From positions 3,472,001-3,536,000 of the forward strand of contig CM007991.1 of the NCBI GenBank assembly GCA_002189035.1: a DNA stretch of 64,000 nucleotides. Direction: 5' to 3'. Below the pieces are notes generated by a model, which saw only the letters and a program-made list of their open reading frames with translations, was not told the DNA's origin and did not search any database. Position numbers and translations under genes: made by a program. Positions within the stretch are counted from its first letter, which is position 1. The number at the start of each line of letters is the position of its first letter. This document shows positions 56,375 to 64,000 of this stretch, piece by piece. Source of the stretch: Utricularia gibba (Eukaryota; Plantae; Magnoliophyta).

Positions 56375-59300
56375 CTACGGTGTCAAAATCTCACCTTCAA
56401 AGAACCTCCATGATCCATCTTCCTTCCTCTTCAGCAGGTAACGTATTCTATAAGGGCTGCATATTGACAGATTCGATTCAGCAAAGAGACATGGGGTACT
56501 ATTCATTGAAATGAGAAACATTTGGTTCTACCCACAGGGTGTGATCTATTTTTCATATTAGCAGGAAATTATTTTCCGGTACTTTCCAAGAACAGAGACA
56601 TTTCAATACCTGTAGTAAGTTGGGTTCTTGGGATGTTTTTCACCTACAAGTTCAGCTGCCTCCTGTAGAACAGCCTCAATTTCAAGCACTTCTGTCCCAG
56701 AACCATCCATCAGGGTCTCAGCATGCAGTACCTCCAGCTGCAACAGAACGAATCTCCAAAAGGATGATCTCGATTTTGCAGCGTTAGCCAATGCTTGCCA
56801 CTGCAGAAAATACAGATGGTCTAAAAACATAAAAACCTGCATTCACTTAGGCTAGAAGCTCTTTGTACAGATTAAAAAACATGATATGTAAACAGATTCT
56901 AACAGGTAGCGCATCTTACTTGAACAAGCATAGGTCCTTCGAGAATTTCACTGAGCCTGGAAATATCATGTTCAGGCCCAGTGCTTGTGCCTTGATTTCT
57001 TGCCATTGCTTGACGAGTGTCTCGGCACCTTCAAGAGTCATTGACTGCACATGCGTTGATGCCACGAGGGTGGAAAGACCAGAAGATACAGAAGCTGTTC
57101 GAGAATCAGAAGACTCTGGAAAGCCCCCGTGAATTTTCAATAGTGAAAGAGCTTTCTTCAGTCGTGTCATAACGACATTTTCTTTTCTTCTGAAATTCTT
57201 AGAACTTAAACCCAGATGAGAATCATTCCAGGGAGATGAGCGTGTTGCAAGGGTTCTCCCAAACATATTTGATGGAACTACATTCCTGAGTCTCCATGAA
57301 TGCATCTTGAGTGATTTAAACAGAGCAACCAAAACGCAACCAATAGCAGCGGAAAAAATTATTTTTCCTACCACGTGCGAGATGCTCATCCAATTTTTCC
57401 AGATCTCATTCTTCACACCTAAGCTTCTTTTCAATTGAACAGAAGGTGAAACAACACTGCCTCCAGAAAAAGCCTTCTGAGTTTCTGTCCATGGATTTTT
57501 TAGATCTGAGGGTGCAAGTTGTTTGACAGCTCGCCCAAGATTTTTTGTACGTTCCATACTTGAAGTGGAATCTCCATCTCTTTGTTCTTGTAGAAGAGAA
57601 ACAGACACAGTGGGAATCTTTTTTATCTGTCTATTCTGGGAAGCTCTTTTGCCCCCACTAAAAAAATCAGCCTGCAATTAATATCAGAATTAGGCATCAG
57701 AAGAAGATGTTGAATGTAAAATAATATCCACAAGATTTACCAAGGATGAGGAACAGCATCGTGTATCAGGAAACAAGGCAAGAACGGATTCCTTAAGCCA
57801 TGATTCCTACAAATGCGAAGCATGCTATATCATGAAAAATCCAGCCCGAGAAAATGAAATCACAGTAAAAACTATAAAATCTACCAGGGGATTGTTTGCA
57901 CTTGAGACTTCTCTTGATTCATTTATTTGCAGCTTATTTTGAGAAGCAGTTCTAGAACTCTGTTGAAGCTGCCTCAGCTTTTCAACAGCTATTGCTTCAT
58001 CGCTCTGCACAGAAAAATCCAATATTTTGTATTAATGGAGAAAATGGAGGGAAAGAGAACGTTTTAAAACCGACACGAAGAGAAGGATGAACCTGCCCCA
58101 TAAGGAAGGCACAGAAATTCTCCTCGAATTTTAAGTCAGTACCTTCAGAGGCCATTAAACATTCACATATTGTTTTTGCTTTACTGATCTGCACAAAACT
58201 CAGCATGAAAAACGAATCTCAAGAGAGCAAGAGATGCTTATTTAACAATGTATAATTTCATCCACAAAACAGTTCACATATGAAGATATAGATGGCTGAA
58301 CCAGGCTTGACTCTGTATGCATATGGTGAGTAAGGGGGTTTACCAAAACAATTTTCCTGCTTGAAAATCCAAGGGCAATATGAGCCATCATAACTATGTA
58401 GAAGCTGTTGAAATCAATGACAGTTCTTTGATTCTGAGACTCAAGGGACTTTCTATTCTTCCTTATAAGACCTAAATCATCCCATGGAACAAGTTCCACG
58501 ATTTCAGCTGCCATGAGCTTTTTGAGCGCTCGACTCAGAAAGCAAGGCCAATCTTGAACCTGGCATGTTGATTCAACATCCAGGCCCTGCTGGAGTAGTT
58601 CACGAAAAGCTGCTACAGCTCCAATCCTTCGATCAGCATTTTCAGGAATTTGAGGCATGCTCAAAAGATCCAACGTACAGGCAGGAGCAAGGTCTTCCAA
58701 AGATTCTTCTATCTAATGCGAAAGTTTCATATCACAAGCTATATTACAGTTAAAGCATGAGGAAAAAGGAAGAGGCATTTAAATTCGAGGAGAAAATAGA
58801 CAGTCTACAGCATTTTAACAAAAAAGACCAAAACATTTCCGAGAAAAAAACATACATCTGACATGAATGCAATTTTTGTTCCAAGTTGCTCTATGGAGAA
58901 TGATGTGGTGTCGATTGCTCACAAGTGGAAAGTAATTACTTACATCAGTTTAAGAGAAAGAAAGGAATGCTACCTGAGACAACAACATCATCTTGCTAAG
59001 AGAACTATTGCTCCTTAAGAGACTCTGGGCACGAGCAAGAGCTTCAAATCCATGAGGAATGTTGTTCTTCTCAAACGCGGATTTGGCAATCGCACACTTC
59101 AGAAAAGAACTTCTAATAAGAAAAGCAAGTATAACAAAACAAGGAAAGAGGGTTCCACATCCGAACCTTGCTCCATTTTCTTACCTCAGAAAGGGCCATA
59201 GAGAGGATCAAATCATGCACAAATGGTTTTGACTTTGGATCCTGAATAGCCTTGCATCCAATTTCAAGGACAAGCCTTTCCTCTCCGACCTATATTACTC

Positions 59301-60202
59301 AGTTTAAGTTCATGGAATATGGGAAAAAATGTCCGAGAAATAGCATGGCGTTGGCCGTTCCATTCCACCATATAACATATTTATACGCAGAGAATATGTG
59401 CATCAACTCTCACTTGGTAAGAAAACTTGCAGGAATACGATAACCTTGAACCAAAAAAAATAGGATCAAGCACCAATTCTGGGCAACCCAGTTTACCTCC
59501 TGCAGAAGGGAGAGAGCTCCAGGCAACCAATTCCGTTTGATGCAGAGTGAAGATTTAGGGGGCTGCTTATCTTTGACATTTCCAGCATACTCCGGTTCAA
59601 AAAGGAGCTTGTCTCTGACGTCCATCAGAAGTTCCTAATTAAGCAAAAGAGCATTATCATGGTAAGCGAGGAATGGTAAGGAAAAGATATGCTTACGCAG
59701 GGAGCAGAAAGACACAAAACCTGGCGAGCCACAACAGTATCTTTAGTGTATCCCTCTTCGATTTCTTCCTTCCTCAGATGCATGACTGCCTTAACAATTT
59801 CATCTTTCTCAGCTTGCTCATGAAGCCCAATAATCTGCATTGCCTAATATCAAGATATAGGAACCACAGCCTGAAATTCAATAAGAAGCATTCATTAACC
59901 TGATAGCAAGTGACTGGAATTTCAATCATATGAGTCCGATTCCGGTCACCGATATCCTTAACAGGCCTCTCCCGAACAACAGAAACCTCCATTGTATCAC
60001 TCGACCCCCATGAGTGACCAGCCACATAAACCCTAAACGTCGAGCGACGGAGACCGTCAAAATTCAAGCATTTCCTCTTCCGGGTAATTCCCAGTCGCCA
60101 GACTAAAGCAGCTACGGAATCGCTGCCATGAAACTTGCTGCTGAGATCTGTGCAGGGGTGCACATCATTCAATCCAGACAACAACGTATGTGAACTTGCC
60201 AT
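56375..60202 (-). CDS. PARC6: Plastid division protein PARC6/CDP1 (ARC6 homologue); apparent -1 frameshift at 56977-56979
   Basis: IEIPVTCYQ|IIG..AEKDEIVKAV, DVRDKLLFEPEYAG, WLPGALSLLQE, IEESLEDLAPACTLDLL, a TM segment and a C-terminal DUF4101-type WQEIKAQALG(P)EH...WQALA..SFWRFVLL..YRIRY. Confidence 0.93.
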
Positions 60203-60527
60203 TTTACGCTAAACCTCCTGCCTCATTGAATCAAGAAAGGAAACACAGGTCCATGAGAATGCGCTTTGCAACCAGGGAGGGTTTCGGAAGCTTGTCCTAC
60301 ACAAAGCATCTCTGCTTTTTCAGGCTTGATTCTCCATTGCAGAGATCCTCTTCTTCCGCAGGAAAAAAAAAAAACGTTCCCGAGATTGCCTCAAATAACA
60401 TTAACCACTTTATTTTTTTTAATTGCTTTTGTAACAGACCGTTTTCAGTTTGGTTTCCAGCGAGGCTTTGTAACTGTAGGCAAAGTTATCCATTGGAAGT
60501 AATACGGTGGCATCGAACCCAGCAACA

Positions 60528-62121
60528 ATGGCGGAAAAGCTCACTTTTTTACCGGGATGGAGGACTTTCTGCGCCGCACCCACTAATGGTTTCGATGATC
60601 GGAGCAGCATTCTAATGTCTACCGCATTTTTAGCGAATCGAGCTTGTGCGAGCCGCGCTGGAGTGTCTACCCCAATTTCTGCTAACAGGTTTATGATGTT
60701 TGGTCTTTCTGCATCCGGCGCCAATCCTGTGGGCCGTTCAGGTTTCCGGTTGGCAAGCGGCGGGGAGCCGGTGGCGGAGGGAACAATGAGAGCAACTGGT
60801 CACTTCTGTCATGGTAATTGACTGATCAATAATCATTCCCTATGCTGCATCACCTGGTTCATTCTGGAATGACATCACAATTTATGGCTAGCTGATTTCA
60901 TCTTCTGTCACTATTTCTAACCTAATTCTGTTTTCAGGAATTGTAAGTCGCCCTTGGCTATAAAAAATCTTTGTAGAATTCTGATACTGTTGAGTGTGCA
61001 CAATGTTTGCCACATCGTTGTTGTTGGACAAATCCTAAGCAAGTTCTAGCAAAGTGTAGAAATTTGAGCATTCAAGGAGAACAATCAGCTCAAAGATCTC
61101 GAGAGAAAATAAATGTATGTTCACTTATCTACTATTCAGGTATCTTTCACTTCTTGCCAAGCATACTCTGATGACAAAAGCTTTAACCGCTGGAATTTTG
61201 AATCTGGTTGGTGACTTCATTTGTCAGGTAACTTTATGTATCCTAAATTCTACTCTAACCAGCCATTAACATCCAATATCATCTGGATCTAAATTTCCAT
61301 TGTTTCGCAATCATGGCTCAGCTTCTGGTTGATCGAGTACAGGAGATAAACTTGAAGCGGTCTTTTATTTTCACTCTCCTAGGGATGATGCTCGTTGGTC
61401 CAACATTGCACTACTGGTAAATGGCCTCTAGCCTTTTTCTGAGTTCCTGTGCTATATCAAAGCAGGGGATCAGTAGCTTCTTTTTCTGTTTGTCCATGAT
61501 CATGAAGACCTTCTCCTTTCTTGATTAGGTACTTGTTCTTGAGTAAACTGGTCACTGCTCCCGGAAATACTGGTGCTTTGTTACAGCTTATCCTTGATCA
61601 GGTAATACAGCATCCAAGATTGGGGAATGCATAATAACTGTAGAATGTATTTTTGGTCAGTGAAATAGTTGACCTCTTAATCAAAATAATCTTGCAGCTC
61701 TTTTTTTCTCCATTTTCCTTGGAGTTTTCCTCTCCTCATTGGTGACACTTGATGGGAAGCCATCACATGTGATCCCAAAGCTGCAGCAGGTGCACTCTGA
61801 TATCCTAATCTTCAATTCCTTATCAAAAAGGGACATTGCCACCTGAAGTTTTACAGCATAACCTCCATTTTCTAGGATTGGTTCTCCGCAGTTGTAGCAA
61901 ACTGGCAGCTCTGGATACCTTTCCAGTTTTTCAATTTTCGATATGTACCACAGCAATTTCAGGTTCAATATCATAACCCAGCGTAGTGATGTTGATATCA
62001 TAAGCAAGCAATGGAGATTGAATTTGTTTGGTTCACACAGGTCCTTGCTTCCAACTTGTTTTCCTTGATCTGGAACGTGATTCTCTCCTACAAAGCACAC
62101 AAAGACGTTCTTGTGAAGTAG
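60528..62121 (+). CDS. Mpv17/PMP22 family membrane protein with transit-peptide-like N-terminus; apparent -1 frameshift at 60762-60765
   Basis: Adding one G gives ...SGGGAGGGGNNESNWSLLSW|YLSLLAKHTLMTKALTAG..GDFICQ, followed by LVGPTLHYWY, LDQ|LFFSPIF, VVANWQLWIPFQFFNFRYVPQQFQ|VLASNL..WNVILSYKAH. Confidence 0.9.
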
Positions 62122-62698
62122 CAGCAGCCTCCTGTTTCTATATTTTTCCTGCATCAAATATTCAATTGTTCTATTTGCTTCACTCTTTCTTATGCTCTCA
62201 TTCGACCCTGTCGGTCTGTGATTCTGTCAAATGGAGCCGGAGAAAGGCAGTGGCTTCTCAATGGCTCTTCAATCACATATACCGATTCTGTAACATCGGC
62301 TGAATCCGACAGGCAATGTCACCGGCCGGTGGTATTTTTGGAGGTTGAGTCTGACGGCCAATGTCACCGGCCGGGGTGCTTTCAGAGGCAGGACCAGATT
62401 GTTGCACATTCCTTGATCTTGAGGATTAAGTAGTCAGCTAGAGTGACTACCACGCTGTGGCTCCTAATATTCTAGTCAGCTTACAATATAAATAGGACTA
62501 CTGTGTGTCTACAGAAAAGGTGTACAAGTGGCCGGTGAGAGTGAGCATGAGCATTTAAGGTTCAAAACTGCAGCATGAGCATTCCGAATTCGAATAAGCA
62601 TATAAAGAGCATTCAGTTTAACAGCATAGTTTTGGAGGCAACTTGAAATCATCACATAAGAGAGAAGATGGAACCAGGGTACAATCACTGGACGTTCA

Positions 62699-64000
62699 TC
62701 ACATGTAGAGCCCTTCAGGGACTCCCTCTTTCTTCTTGAACATGACCTTGTCTTTAGCCTTCTTGAAATCAGGATGAGTGACCTAATGACACGTGCAGGT
62801 TGGATTCAAACACGTTAAGCTAAAGTTTCATACCACAATAGCTTAGAAATCTTTAAACCACTCGTAAAAAAGTAGATTTAATGCAAACGCATAATGGGAA
62901 TGCCTTCAAAACTTATTATATAAAATCCCTCTGCAATGGCAGGTATATGATTTTCTGAACATGAAACGCACAGTCCACACCCGGATTTATGTTGAAAAGA
63001 GCACTCCAACATACGACACATAGATACTTTGCAATTTGAAGATGCATATAGTCAAGAGAGGTAGTTGCGTACCTTCATACGTCGCTCTCTTAAAGCAAGC
63101 AGACCTGCTTCAGTGCATATGGCCTTGATATCAGCTCCAGAAAACTCATCCTTTGTCATAACAAATTCTTCCAGATTTACGTCATCCGCTAATGTCATCC
63201 GTGACGTGTGTATCTAGGCATCCAAGAAAAAACTCAGCTACTAGTGACATCAGAAATAAAGCTCTGTCAAAAATCATGCAGTGTGTACCTGGAAAATGCG
63301 CCTCCTTGTTTTTATGTCAGGAAGAGGAAATTCAATTTTTCGGTCTATTCTACCAGGACGAAGGAGAGCAGGATCAAGACTCTCGATTTTGTTTGTAGCA
63401 AGAATTACTTTCACATCCCCTCTTGAATCAAAGCCATCTAACTGATTAAGCAGTTCCAACATAGTCCTTTGAATTTCTCTTTCACCACCTGAATGGGCAT
63501 CATACCTGAAGAAACAGATGCCAACAAGTCATAAAATAAATATTTACAATGGCAATAGAATCTAAAATGAATTACCTTTTTGTACCAACTGCATCAATTT
63601 CATCAATAAAGACGATTGACGGTGATAGGTCATCAGCAACTCTAAACAGCTCTCTAACTAATTTCGGACCATCTCCCAAATACTTCTGAATCAATTCACT
63701 TCCAACAACACGCAAGAATGTTGCTGATGTAGAGTTAGCCACTGCCTAAACAGTTCAAGGACAATTATACTTCACACACGATGATGAGAGCCAAAATACG
63801 AAATCAGGGAGAAAAAAATAGTTTCAACCGCATACCTTTGCAAGTAAAGTTTTCCCAGTTCCCGGCTCCCCATAAAGAATGACACCCTTCGGGGTTTAAT
63901 GCCAATATCCTCATACAACTCAGGATGTGTTAATGGCAGTTCAACTGCCTCCTTGATCTCCTGGATCTGAGCATCAAGACCACCGATATCAGCATACGAC
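62699..64000 (-). CDS. RPT2: 26S proteasome AAA-ATPase subunit RPT2 (regulatory subunit 4), 3' part; apparent -1 frameshift at 63891-63894
   Basis: [23 protein letters not shown](P)[18 protein letters not shown] (Walker A), VFIDEID (Walker B), [17 protein letters not shown] and [12 protein letters not shown]. Confidence 0.96.

Noticed and set aside
62300-62380. Two imperfect ~31-bp direct repeats ending CAATGTCACCGGCCGG between Mpv17 and RPT2
   Set aside because: A two-copy local duplication in 3' UTR or intergenic sequence with no further support for function.

Overview
This is gene-dense plant (eudicot-like) nuclear DNA with short introns, mostly about 70-130 bp. Left to right: a GDSL lipase (partial), an SBT5.6-type subtilase, a minus-strand box C/D snoRNA cluster containing a U33/SNORD33 homologue, a decayed SCP1-like CTD phosphatase gene, a DUF1296/GIP1-like gene, a SAM methyltransferase, PDCD5, a purine permease, six tandem intronless Lhcb1 genes, a small Cys-tailed membrane protein missing from the ORF track, HMGB14, KAS I, an RPL18A-like membrane protein, GA2ox, CTF7/ECO1, a CRSP/SBT5.2-type subtilase, a protein I cannot assign to a family, PARC6, an Mpv17/PMP22 protein and RPT2 (partial). 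Main observations: (1) ten reading-frame breaks are each repaired by adding one base to a C or G run, including in RPT2, which points to a sequencing/consensus artefact rather than pseudogenes; (2) the snoRNA cluster has one assignable 18S guide and one or two unassigned guides; (3) each of the five spacers between Lhcb1 copies carries a homologous antisense-oriented non-coding module with a 27-nt hairpin-like element and telo-box, and in three spacers conserved splice signals, making it a candidate family of cis-antisense lncRNAs; (4) the Lhcb1 proteins carry atypical residues. All family assignments come from motif recognition and memory, with no database search. No prokaryotic features, CRISPR arrays, tRNA or rRNA genes, or transposase ORFs were seen.
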